A stretch of 64,000 nt of DNA. Source: an uncultured Planctomycetia bacterium. Its GTDB lineage: Bacteria > Omnitrophota > Gorgyraeia > JABMRG01. The notes beneath the pieces are model-generated. The model ran no database searches. It saw only the letters and a list, made by a program, of their open reading frames with translations, and was not told the DNA's origin. Numbering within the stretch: position 1 is the stretch's first letter; every line of letters starts with the position of its first letter. The DNA is taken from positions 2,405 to 66,404 of the forward strand of contig CAZWMG010000001.1 of the NCBI GenBank assembly GCA_964634945.1, given 5' to 3'. Shown one piece after another: positions 1 to 9,600 of this stretch. The position numbers were made by a program, and so were the translations under genes.

Positions 1-213
1 AGTGTAGCATGATTTAAGGTTTCTGCTCTCTGTTGATATGGTCGCCTCCAAAAACCCTATATCAGAGCTAATTTGCTGTTTTGCGAAACCCTTTACCTTA
101 AGAAAGCCTTTCTTCTTAAGATTTAGAACCGTATCTGATGTAATGCTCGCTATCGCGAGTAGAAATAATCCCGTGATAATAGTTACAATTACAGGTGTTA
201 ATGCTTTTTTCAC
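1..213 (-). CDS. hypothetical membrane protein, N-terminal part only; gene runs off the window start. Putative GTG start at 213.
   Basis: Own minus-strand translation gives VKKALTPVIVTIITGLFLLAIASITSDTVLNLKKKGF... The putative GTG at 211-213 is preceded by AGGGG at SD spacing. There is a hydrophobic N-terminal helix and no stop before the window edge. Confidence 0.3.
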   Translation of the reverse strand, partial: MKKALTPVIVTIITGLFLLAIASITSDTVLNLKKKGFLKVKGFAKQQISSDIGFLEATISTESRNLKSCYT

Positions 214-246
214 GTCTTACCCCTATCTAGTTATTCTTGTGAATCA

Positions 247-489
247 TTAATATTTATTAGACCTTTTAGTCTTGTGTTGCATTTCATCTGTTTGAGTATT
301 TGCTATTTGCCTTGAAAGAGATTTGGTGTTTACCAGCTTAATCTTTATGGGCACTGTTAACGGGTTAAAGGCTATAGCGCTGCTTATCAGGATAAACAGA
401 AGTACGCTTGCTACCGAGAAAAAGACCTGTCTCATCTTTTGCCCCCTTTCTTTTGGTCTAATGATTACAAAGAGGGACTTAAGGGGCAA
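247..489 (-). CDS. small hypothetical membrane protein
   Basis: 80-aa ORF with one hydrophobic helix (FFSVASVLLFILISSAIAF). No recognisable family. Confidence 0.3.
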   Translation of the reverse strand: MPLKSLFVIIRPKERGQKMRQVFFSVASVLLFILISSAIAFNPLTVPIKIKLVNTKSLSRQIANTQTDEMQHKTKRSNKY

Positions 490-622
490 ATCTTTAGAAA
501 AGGAGGGTAAAACTGAGACTGGCCCCTTAAGCCTTTTTGTGTTATATTTTAGAGTACGGGGCTATTATAGTACCTATACGCGACAGCATTGTGTCGTGGC
601 ATAAAATAATTTTAAATCTATG

Positions 623-672
623 TCATGACCGGTTCTCAAGCACGATCGATCGTGCTTGAGAACCGGTCATGA
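623..672. repeat. perfect 50-bp palindrome, copy 1: tcatgaccggttctcaagcacgatcgatcgtgcttgagaaccggtcatga
   Basis: Read directly. The left 25 nt are the exact reverse complement of the right 25 nt. The centre, acgatcgatcgt, contains two GATC/CGATCG sites. The 40-nt core is repeated at 1298..1349. Confidence 0.85.
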
Positions 673-683
673 GAGAAAGCAAA

Positions 684-718
684 CAAAAAAACCAGGCTGA
701 GTAAAGCCTGGTTTTTTT
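684..718 (-). terminator. rho-independent terminator downstream of the Spy/CpxP-like gene. Has A- and T-tracts on both sides.
   Basis: aaaaaaaccaggct-gagtaa-agcctggttttttt gives an 8-bp GC-containing stem with U-tracts on both strands. It lies 20 nt downstream of the stop at 738. Confidence 0.6.
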
Positions 719-737
719 CATATAATGAGAGAATACC

Positions 738-1202
738 TTACTTTTTCTTATACTGTTTCCAAATATCCTTCAGCTTATCTTTCTGTTCCGCGGTCAATAT
801 GTTTTTAAGCTGGGCATACTTTGTTACAAGGTATTGCGCCTTTGCCTTCTTGAGATCGTATTTTTTACCTATCAGCTTATTGATAGCATTCGTATTCATT
901 GTATCCGCGTACATCTCTGATTTTATATCTATACCAATTATATCTATATCAGCATTTTGTCGTATAAGTTCTTTTTTAACATCGAGCTTGAGCGCTTTAA
1001 TCTTTGCTATCTGATCATCGGAGAGGCCTAGGTCCTCACGATTCTCTAAAAACATATATGCTTTCCTAGAAATCTTACCATCGGCGCCTTTGCCGTAACA
1101 TGCCGAGCTATTACCTTTATCATATGCCAGGGCAGGGGCCGCGACTATACTTGAAAGCATAAATATCACTACTAAAAATGTTGCGAATAACCTTTTATTC
1201 AT
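738..1202 (-). CDS. periplasmic Spy/CpxP-family stress chaperone-like protein
   Basis: Signal peptide (MNKRLFATFLVVIFMLSSIVAAPALA). Two LTxxQ-type motifs (LSDDQIAKIKAL and LTAEQKDKLKDIW). Lys-rich, about 150 aa, as typical of Spy/CpxP. Confidence 0.55.
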   Translation of the reverse strand: MNKRLFATFLVVIFMLSSIVAAPALAYDKGNSSACYGKGADGKISRKAYMFLENREDLGLSDDQIAKIKALKLDVKKELIRQNADIDIIGIDIKSEMYADTMNTNAINKLIGKKYDLKKAKAQYLVTKYAQLKNILTAEQKDKLKDIWKQYKKK

Positions 1203-1297
1203 TATTGCCTCCTCTATTTTACGAAAAAATATTATAACATATTTATAGAGTTTTAGCTATATAAATTACATCAAGGATCAGCTTTTTTGCTCCTCAC

Positions 1298-1349
1298 TCT
1301 CAAGACCGGTTCTCAAGCACGATCGATCGTGCTTGAGAACCGGTCTTGA
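1298..1349. repeat. perfect palindrome, copy 2: caagaccggttctcaagcacgatcgatcgtgcttgagaaccggtcttg. Followed by the tandem direct repeat gtcttgagactag x2.
   Basis: Read directly. The core accggttctcaagcacgatcgatcgtgcttgagaaccggt is identical to copy 1. It sits in the promoter region between the OsmC stop (1400) and the Spy-like start (1202). Confidence 0.85.
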
Positions 1350-1399
1350 GACTAGGTCTTGAGACTAGCTTGAGAGAATTTGAAAGGGTAGCCACAACC

Positions 1400-1780
1400 T
1401 TAGGATATCTCGATATTGATTGCTGGTTTCGCGCTAAGAGTGGAGTGAATGGGGCAGTTCTTGACAAATTGAAGCAGGGATTTTTTTCTCTTCTCATCTA
1501 TATCCATGCCTTCTAAGTTTATCTTCACTTTTATCTCCCTAAATAACATAGGCCTTTCCTTAACAAGATCGGATTCTACCTCTACGCTGAATTTATCTGA
1601 CTTTATACTTACCCCATCTAAGTACCTGCGTATAAAAACACCTGTACAACTTCCTATGCTGGCTAGAAATAAACTTAAGGGTGATGGGGCGTTACCTTTT
1701 GTATCTACATCAAACTCAATACCATCTGAGCTGGCCTTGAATGAATATCCGCCTTTATTTACTATATTAACCTTATACAC
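1400..1780 (-). CDS. osmC: OsmC/Ohr family peroxiredoxin-like protein
   Basis: 126 aa. Conserved OsmC features: SIGSCTG and KNCPIHSTL with two catalytic Cys. Confidence 0.8.
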   Translation of the reverse strand: MYKVNIVNKGGYSFKASSDGIEFDVDTKGNAPSPLSLFLASIGSCTGVFIRRYLDGVSIKSDKFSVEVESDLVKERPMLFREIKVKINLEGMDIDEKRKKSLLQFVKNCPIHSTLSAKPAINIEIS

Positions 1781-1795
1781 GCTCTCTCCTTTTGT

Positions 1796-2734
1796 TTAAA
1801 GTGATTCATGATATTCCTTGATAATATCCTTTATATCTAGGGCCAGTTTTTTTGGCCTTATGACCCTGACATAAGGTATCCAAAGAAGTATTGTGGGCAG
1901 GGCCTCCATGTCCTGGGCTACCATTGCCTCAACAAGCATAGAGCCATCCTTGTTTTGCTTGGTTATTTTTTGTAGGGGCAAGTATTTTTTGGTTCTAAAG
2001 AATCGAGCCGCCTCTTTATCGACCTTAAGCAGGACCTTTTTGTTTCGCTGGTCAGAGAACCAGATATTTACACTCTCATCAAGCATAGCCTTTAAATTGC
2101 CCGGCACCTCGAATTTTTTAGTTTCAAGCCTTATCTCTCTTATGCATTCCAGTCTTAATCGTATAATCCTCTCATCGTCATCTGTTCTTACCAGAAGATA
2201 CCAAAATCCATCAAAGAATATAACCTTAAGCGGGTGGATTATAAATCTCTTATCCTTATCTTCAGTAACATAATGGACCTCACACTTCTTGTGCTGATTG
2301 ACCGCGGCCTTTAGGTCATTCATAAACGGATACTGCTTATCCATCTTAATGCCTTCGGGTATCTTGGTGTAAAACATTGGTTCCGCTTCGGGGGTAAGGA
2401 CCTTTTTAAGAAGTTGGCCAAAGCTCTCCTCAAAGTCCCTGCCAAGGCTTTTGGATACCTCCAGCATAAAAGAGAGTAAAGACGCCTCTTCCTTTGAAAG
2501 CATCAGCTTTTTAAGCGAGAAACCATCCGCGAATGAGTGCGCACCTTTTTCAGAAGGCGCAAGCGGAAAACCAGCCATATTAAGCAGTTCAAGGTCTCGC
2601 TGGACTGTGCGCAAAGAGACATTAAATTCGCGGGAGAGCTCACGCGTGCAGACCTTGCCCCCTCTATCGAGCTTGTTTAGACAATAGAGTAGCCGAAATA
2701 TCTTTTTGTCATAGCTTTTAGTTTTTTGTGACAT
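1796..2734 (-). CDS. WYL-domain transcriptional regulator with N-terminal DeoR-type HTH
   Basis: HTH segment TRELSREFNVSLRTVQRDLELL. WYL segment FDGFWYLLVRTDDDERIIRLRLECIREIR. 312 aa, typical of HTH-WYL-WCX regulators. Confidence 0.75.
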   Translation of the reverse strand: MSQKTKSYDKKIFRLLYCLNKLDRGGKVCTRELSREFNVSLRTVQRDLELLNMAGFPLAPSEKGAHSFADGFSLKKLMLSKEEASLLSFMLEVSKSLGRDFEESFGQLLKKVLTPEAEPMFYTKIPEGIKMDKQYPFMNDLKAAVNQHKKCEVHYVTEDKDKRFIIHPLKVIFFDGFWYLLVRTDDDERIIRLRLECIREIRLETKKFEVPGNLKAMLDESVNIWFSDQRNKKVLLKVDKEAARFFRTKKYLPLQKITKQNKDGSMLVEAMVAQDMEALPTILLWIPYVRVIRPKKLALDIKDIIKEYHESL

Positions 2735-2800
2735 AATATTTATTATATTATACTACAGTGACAACACCATGTCGCTATTTATTAATATGGCGACACTTGA

Positions 2801-4243
2801 TTATAGATCAGAGGACTCATGGAAATCATTGTGGACAAGGGCCGGTTTGACAGGTAATATTGGGCGGATTACTTTAATTTTTTTCCAGTGCCCTGATCGG
2901 TACCTGAGATACAGGATAAAGGAAAATAGGAAAAATATAGCTACCATCACGGACCAGCATACCTGTAAAGGCAGTCCGATAACCTTTAGCATAATAAATA
3001 GTACAGGGACAATTATCCAGTGAAGAGCGACTGAGATAAACATCGCCCAAAAGGTATCTCCTGCCCCGCGCAATGCCCCTATGAATGTAATTAACATAGC
3101 TTCAACAAGTACGTAAAGGGCCGCCATGCGGATCATAAATACAGCTATCGGCTTAGCTTGAATAAAGACATCCCCCATAGTTGCAGGACGGAATACTTCA
3201 GCAAGATTTGATGGAAAGATCACAAAAAAGAATAGAATAAAGGAGGAATATATAAGTCCAAGCTTTAATCCTGACATGGTTGATTTGTGCGCTGTGGCAG
3301 GATCTCCCGCTCCCATATATCTGCCAACAAGGCTTATTACCCCTATCTCCATTCCAATTAGGGGTACAAATGAGACCATATCCCAGTTAAAGACGATTGT
3401 TGACGCTGTTGCCGCGACCGGGCCCATAGAATGAAATATCATAATGATTATATCAAATGCCAAAAGATTAAGGAACATCTCCAGCCCCGCGGGGTAGCCA
3501 AAGTGCAGAAGTATGCCTGTAACCTTTCGGTCAAAACGAAAAGATTTTAAAACCCCATACTCTTGTATGTTTGCCTTTCTAAGATATGCCACCAGCAATA
3601 CAGAGAGTCCGCAGCCGGCGCCTATAATGGTACCGTAAGCCGCGCCTCTTATTCCCAGCGCGGGAAATCCAAATTTGCCGAATATGAGAAGGTAATTAAC
3701 GCCGATATTAACTGACATGGCTGTAAATGAGGCTATCATTACGATCTTTGTTTTTCCTATGCCTGAAAAGAATGAGCTGAATGAATTCCTAAGCAAGCTA
3801 AGAATGACCGCGTATAGCAAAATATCAAAATATAGTTTTTGTGGGGCAAGCTGCTTGGGTGTTATGCCCATAAAATCGAATAGGCTGTGAGCCAGAGGGC
3901 GGCATGCTAGAATAATCGGATACGCGAGAAATACTATGATTACAGATTGGGTAATCGCTATAGCAGAATGTTTTTTGTTGTTGGATCCTAAGTATTGCGC
4001 CACCAGGACTGTCGCGTATCCGGTAAGGCCCCAGAAGAAGGTCATCATCATAAACACTGTGAGCCCCCCACCCATTGCGGCGTTCATATATTCCGGGCCT
4101 AAACGGGACAAAAACATCCGATCAGTAAAGGTCATGAACGTATAACACGCTTGCGATATTATCATCGGTATCGCGATATACATCATTTCGCGCATTCCGC
4201 CCTTTTTTAACTTAAGCGGCACTCTTTTTTTTGTAATATCCAT
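2801..4243 (-). CDS. MATE family efflux transporter
   Basis: 480 aa, about 12 TM helices, with a MATE-like N-terminal duplication pattern (MMYIAIPMIISQ..., GLTVFMMMTFFWGL...). Confidence 0.7.
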   Translation of the reverse strand: MDITKKRVPLKLKKGGMREMMYIAIPMIISQACYTFMTFTDRMFLSRLGPEYMNAAMGGGLTVFMMMTFFWGLTGYATVLVAQYLGSNNKKHSAIAITQSVIIVFLAYPIILACRPLAHSLFDFMGITPKQLAPQKLYFDILLYAVILSLLRNSFSSFFSGIGKTKIVMIASFTAMSVNIGVNYLLIFGKFGFPALGIRGAAYGTIIGAGCGLSVLLVAYLRKANIQEYGVLKSFRFDRKVTGILLHFGYPAGLEMFLNLLAFDIIIMIFHSMGPVAATASTIVFNWDMVSFVPLIGMEIGVISLVGRYMGAGDPATAHKSTMSGLKLGLIYSSFILFFFVIFPSNLAEVFRPATMGDVFIQAKPIAVFMIRMAALYVLVEAMLITFIGALRGAGDTFWAMFISVALHWIIVPVLFIMLKVIGLPLQVCWSVMVAIFFLFSFILYLRYRSGHWKKIKVIRPILPVKPALVHNDFHESSDL

Positions 4244-4323
4244 AGTCGCAAAGAGATGGGTACGCCTCTATTTAATTGTGAGTTCCTGTTCATTAAAAAA
4301 TAGGAGCGTACCCTCTTATTGTT

Positions 4324-6057
4324 CTACCTTCTCGATTTTTTTGGCCTGCCTGATTTTTTCGACCTGCTTGATTTGCTTGACCTGTTTGGCCCGCCTGATT
4401 TTTTTGGCCTACTTGACCTGCCTGACCTACTTGATCTGTTTGATTCGCTTGACCGGCTTGATTTGGCCTTGGTAATATGTAGCTTTGTTCTGCCCTTATT
4501 ATTTTTGAAGAATGATAAGACTATCTCGGCCTCGTGAAAAGGCAGGGTGACGAAAGAAAATTTTTCAAGAACCTGCACATCTTTAATCTTCTCAGGGCTG
4601 ATGCGGCATTTGCTTTTTATGATATTGGCTAATTCTTTGGGTGTTAACCTGTCTATTTTTCCCTGGGTTACAAAGAGCCGCGTCTTTCCCCTTGCGTCTA
4701 CAACTACATCTTCTATTTCAGTATAATTTTTTTCATCCAGATCCCCACGAAACGAATGCTGTAAGAGCGCTGAGACTATTTTCTCAGGTTCGTTCTCACC
4801 TAAAAGCTCCCTGGCCATATCCGCATACACCGGGTTTGGATCCAGCTTTACAATCTCTTCAACGCTTGACTTGATCCTTAGTTTTTTGGTTTTTATAACG
4901 TCTTTTACTTTTGGTAGTTTTTCCTTACGGATATCTGCCTGCGCTATCTTGCTGATATACTGTAATTTTCTGTATTCTGTCGGCGTTATAAATGTTATGG
5001 CGGTACCTTCTTTTCCCGCGCGGCCCGTACGTCCTATCCTATGGACATATGATTCAGGGTCCTGCGGAAGGGCATAGTTTATAACATGCGTAAGATCCTG
5101 CACATCTATTCCCCTGGCCGCTACATCGGTTGCCACAAGTATAGTGACTTGTTTTTTCTTAAATTTCCACAGTATCTTCTCTCTTATATTCTGTGACATA
5201 TCCCCATGTAAGCTCGCCGCGTCATAACCACGCTCGGCAAGACGGTTACCAACAGTATCAACATCTACCTTTGTCCTGCAAAAAACAAGCGCGTAGAAAT
5301 CCTCCTCAATATCTATGATCCTGCACAGGGCATCAAATCTATCCCCTGTAGATACCTCAAAATATATCTGATCAGTCTGACTGACTGTAAGTTGGCCTTG
5401 CGTTACCTTGAATAGGTCATACTCACGCATATGTTTTTTTGCTATATTGATTATCTCGCGCGGCATAGTAGCTGAAAATAGCAAGGTGCGCTTGTCTGCC
5501 GAGGTCTTTTTCATGATCTCTGTGACGTCCTCTAAGAACCCCATATTAAGCATCTCATCAGCTTCATCAAGGACGAGAAAAGATATCTTGTCTAGTTTTA
5601 ATGTGCGCCGCCTGAGATGATCGAGTATTCTACCGGGTGTTCCCACAGCTATATCAACGCCCTTTTTTAGATGCCTTAGCTGTAGATCGATTGATTGACC
5701 GCCATATACAGGAAGAACGGTTATCTTTTTATATCCCTTTAGCGAATTTATCTCTTCAGCGACCTGTACTGCCAGCTCTCTTGTCGGGGCAAGTACAAGC
5801 GCCTGTATTGAGCCGGATCTTTCAGGTATCAGCTCAATAATTGGAAGGCCAAATGCCGCGGTCTTTCCTGTGCCTGTTTGAGCCTGGCCAACAACATCCT
5901 TTTTCCCTGAAAGAAGAGCCGGAATGGTCTGTTCCTGTATCGGGGTTGGTGCCTCAAACCCCTTTTGTTTTAATACTTTTAGGGTCTCTTTAGACAGCCC
6001 TAGTTCATCAAATAACTTCATATCCTGATGATTCCCTTCTAGATTAAATTGGTGCAA
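4324..6057 (-). CDS. deaD: ATP-dependent DEAD-box RNA helicase (DeaD/CsdA-like) with a C-terminal RS/K-rich tail
   Basis: Motifs AQTGTGKT, PTRELA, DEAD, SAT and HRIGRTGRAG, plus a DbpA-like C-terminal domain. The tail SRSSESNRSSRSGRSSRPKKS... is encoded by a DNA tandem repeat at 4324-4480. Confidence 0.9.
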   Translation of the reverse strand: MHQFNLEGNHQDMKLFDELGLSKETLKVLKQKGFEAPTPIQEQTIPALLSGKKDVVGQAQTGTGKTAAFGLPIIELIPERSGSIQALVLAPTRELAVQVAEEINSLKGYKKITVLPVYGGQSIDLQLRHLKKGVDIAVGTPGRILDHLRRRTLKLDKISFLVLDEADEMLNMGFLEDVTEIMKKTSADKRTLLFSATMPREIINIAKKHMREYDLFKVTQGQLTVSQTDQIYFEVSTGDRFDALCRIIDIEEDFYALVFCRTKVDVDTVGNRLAERGYDAASLHGDMSQNIREKILWKFKKKQVTILVATDVAARGIDVQDLTHVINYALPQDPESYVHRIGRTGRAGKEGTAITFITPTEYRKLQYISKIAQADIRKEKLPKVKDVIKTKKLRIKSSVEEIVKLDPNPVYADMARELLGENEPEKIVSALLQHSFRGDLDEKNYTEIEDVVVDARGKTRLFVTQGKIDRLTPKELANIIKSKCRISPEKIKDVQVLEKFSFVTLPFHEAEIVLSFFKNNKGRTKLHITKAKSSRSSESNRSSRSGRSSRPKKSGGPNRSSKSSRSKKSGRPKKSRR

Positions 6058-6095
6058 GACTCAATTGTTTTGCCCCTTACTTAGCTTGTAAAAAC

Positions 6096-6560
6096 TTACC
6101 AGTTCCTGTACGCGCCTTTAAATGTGCCTGTATATATGGCGTTGTTTTGCTCAGGTATCGTTATATTAAAACTTCCTTTAAATTTCTGCGGAATTCCCGC
6201 TTGATCCGGGGCGCTCAAGGTTATCTTGACAGGCCCTGTCGCGTGAAGCCCGGTGAATACGCAGGAAAAGTTACCCTCGATATTTATCCCGTTAGAAGAG
6301 CTTACAGCGCATCGTGCCACCCCTCCTACCATGTTGAGTGCAAGATCGCCCTCACGTTTTTTTGGATCCCATGTTAATCTTGCAGGCCCTGTTAAGAGAG
6401 GTGGATCCATTATACCCTTTACGCGTCCTTCGATACCGCCTGTGTATGTATATGTGGAGCCTGTAGACTTGGTATCCTCAGCAAAAGACGCGGAGCTTGT
6501 GGATACTATCGCGATAATTAACAAAGCAATAATACATAAAGACTTTTTCATGTGGATCAA
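6096..6560 (-). CDS. secreted hypothetical protein
   Basis: Signal peptide MKKSLCIIALLIIAIVSTSSASFA. Gly/Thr-rich with no recognised domain. Confidence 0.4.
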   Translation of the reverse strand: MIHMKKSLCIIALLIIAIVSTSSASFAEDTKSTGSTYTYTGGIEGRVKGIMDPPLLTGPARLTWDPKKREGDLALNMVGGVARCAVSSSNGINIEGNFSCVFTGLHATGPVKITLSAPDQAGIPQKFKGSFNITIPEQNNAIYTGTFKGAYRNW

Positions 6561-6695
6561 CCCCCATGTTTTTTCACGCTTTTGTTTTCTTAAGCGCTAT
6601 TTTTGTATATGATCACTTATAATTATACTAATAGTAGTATATGTATAGATAAGATACCAAGCAAAGCAGTATAGGTCAAGTGAAATGTTTCTATA

Positions 6696-9600
6696 TTACG
6701 CTGACTCCAGGACTAATTCCAATATCCTTTTGTATTCAACTATTGCATTCTGGATCTCTTCCGCGGTGACTATAACAGGCAGTATTTCGATTATGTAATC
6801 ACTTATGTAATCAGCCTGATTATCGTCAATCATATTGGCAAGGGCTTTTAGTGCCTGTGGCAATGATATAACCTTATCAGTAATAGAGCTTAGCTTTATC
6901 TTGGCAACTCTTATGCCGCGTTCTTTTAACATCGGCACATTATAGAGAGCATTGAATTCACCCTCTGTTTTATCTGTAATCGGATTTGCTACAATTCCTA
7001 TATTTGCTCTCTTAAGGCCAAGGCCCAATATGAGCCTAGTTTCGATGCCTGTAAGCGCTTTTATGCGCGCTGACCTGTCCTTTGCAGTTGCATCATAGAT
7101 ATCTTTGCCTAGTATTTCTTCCGATGATTTGATGGTATCGCATAGCTCAGATACGCCATATGCCTCCAGTAGTGACGCAAGTTCATCTTTGCTTATATCG
7201 AGTATCAGAGATGTCTTGGGCCTTCCATTTTCAGATAATATCTCAAAGGCTTCAAAGAGTTCACTTGGTATAACCTGCGCTGTGGCACCGAATATATTAC
7301 CTCTTTCTATTATATATGCTGATGGCCTTGAATGATCCATCTTACTTATCGTTGCGGCAAATTCGCTGACATGTTCAAAATCCAGCGGCGTATTAGTAGG
7401 GCTTATTACCTGTTTAGCGATAGCATTTATGTTGATTGCATCCTCTGATTGATCAGATACCTGAGAAAATGGTTTTATAATTCCTCCTGAACTGGATTTT
7501 TCAATAATGCCATTTTTAGGTGGTGCTTGCGCGATAAATGGTTCTGCGTCATCCGTATACTCCAGCACGTATAGGGCAGCTGCATTGGGAACGAAAAATG
7601 CACGCATAGGATTTCCCTTTATATCCCAAATGCCTCGAGGGCGAATGTTAGGAGACTCGAATTCTTCTTCAACTATGCTTTTAAACTTAAAGCCACGGAA
7701 GTATACCTCAGTAAAGGGTGTTTTTTTTCTTCTATTCAAATAATTTTTAAACATCTTTAGATCGTTTTTATCTAAGATTAATAATTTATCCCCTTCCTTG
7801 AAGTGCTTACTAAATAATTCATCAAAGAACTCATCGATCTCAGATATATCTTTATCGAGACTCAAAAAATGAAAAAAGCCCTTTAAGATCAAGATTCTTC
7901 GTTGATCGGGATACTTAGGATCGTTAAAAGCTTGAATGTAATTACTTACATCTAAGGCCTCCTGTGATATAGGTGGCGCTTTTTTATTATTCTCCCGGGC
8001 AGCATCAAGAATGAGGTTCTTGTCAGTTATCTTTGCGAATTCTGTAAACATACTATAACCGCGCTCAAGGTCATTAGGGTCATCGTTAATAGGCAATGTT
8101 TTCATACATATCTGTGGAATAACATCGATACCTCTCAGAGGATATAAAAGTATATACTTTTCTCCAAAGATTGATGACAGCTCTTTCCAAAAATTGTAAT
8201 AGTCTGTTATTGCCCGTTGTTTTAAGCCCTTGTCTTCAATCAAGTTTCCATCTTTAATCCCTGTTTTTCCATTACGTTTTTCATGTAAAGAATTTATTTT
8301 TTCACACTTAGTTTTGTATTTCTTTATCGCTTTTGTAGCTTTTTTAACATCCCTTACCTTTTTGTCAAATGGCAATATCTTTGAAAATGTCTTAAATAAT
8401 GCGATCTCTGTTCTTATTGATTCAGCTTGTTTTGTTGTGACTTTTTTCTCTGACTCTCCCGCAGTCATTGCAAGTAAATTAGGCATAGCCTCATATTCTG
8501 CTTGATATTGATTAATTGCTTTCCGAGTGTTCTCTTTATGCGGCCCACTACTAGTTTCTGTTATCAATGGCGTTGTGCCGCTCGAGCTGGATTTTTTAAT
8601 CTCAAGATATCGCAAAGGAATACTTAGCGTAACTTCCGATTCTTTATTCTTATCTGATGGTTTTTTACTATCAACAAGATCCAGTTCAAGAGCGCCCTTG
8701 TTTTTTATGGCCTTATATATAATATTGAGGGCTTCTCCATTGCCCCCGCTATAAAAAACATTATTTGTGTACATGAGTTCTTGCTTGCGCGTGGGGAGCC
8801 TCTTGTCCTCTCCTCGCCCATTATCAGTAACTCTTACCACAAAGCATGTTTCATTGTTGCTTGTCTCTATATCAAATGATATTGCTATTTTGCCGGAATA
8901 ATTATCAATAGGCCTCTCTTCTTTAGGCGTTATTGCCGGATCATAGAAAGAGCCAATGCTGTCATAAGCATTGCCCAATAGCATATTTATCATATCATAA
9001 AGATTTTGTCCCCATTTTTGACCGGGGATAGTTACCTGCAGCATTTCAAGTAAATGCGCTACTTCTTCATAGAATTTTTCAATCCTGCTGTAGCATCCAT
9101 TATAATCCTGAAGGTCAAGGTTGTTATCAAGGCTTATCCAATACTCACCATTATTATCCTGTATGCGCCCAACACTATCTATAAACCTTCGCAATGAGGC
9201 CCCTACTCTGCTTGGAATATGCGCTTTGCCTCCGGCGGCCTTAGATAGAGTACTATCAATCGGGGTTAAGGTTTTCTCAAAAACAGCCGCCGCGTTGGGA
9301 AATATAAAAACACGCCTAGGCCGGCCATTTGTATCATAAATGTTCTGCGGCTCGCTCTCAAAAGTTCTAAAGCTATTCTCAATTATTTTTGTGAATTCAA
9401 AGTTTTCTGATGATATAGATCTTTGCGGGCTTTGAGCGCGTTTATCTAAATAATTCTTAAACATAATTAAGTCATCTTGATTCAAGATTAGTACCTTATC
9501 ACCATCTTTAAAATATTTACTGAATAGGGTATCTAAGAAATCTTCTATTTTTTCGATGCTATTGCCATGATACATTAAAAAATAAAAAAAGCCTTTAAAA

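Noticed and set aside
4244-4323. Possible terminator hairpin (gggtacgc...gcgtaccc) after the DEAD helicase
   Set aside because: The stem arms are separated by an about 40-nt loop with no U-tract, so it is not a convincing intrinsic terminator.
4278-4537. Plus-strand ORFs of 65 and 72 aa with LDLLDLF-type repeats
   Set aside because: They are a shadow of the tandem DNA repeat encoding the RS/K-rich C-terminal tail of the DEAD-box helicase on the minus strand.
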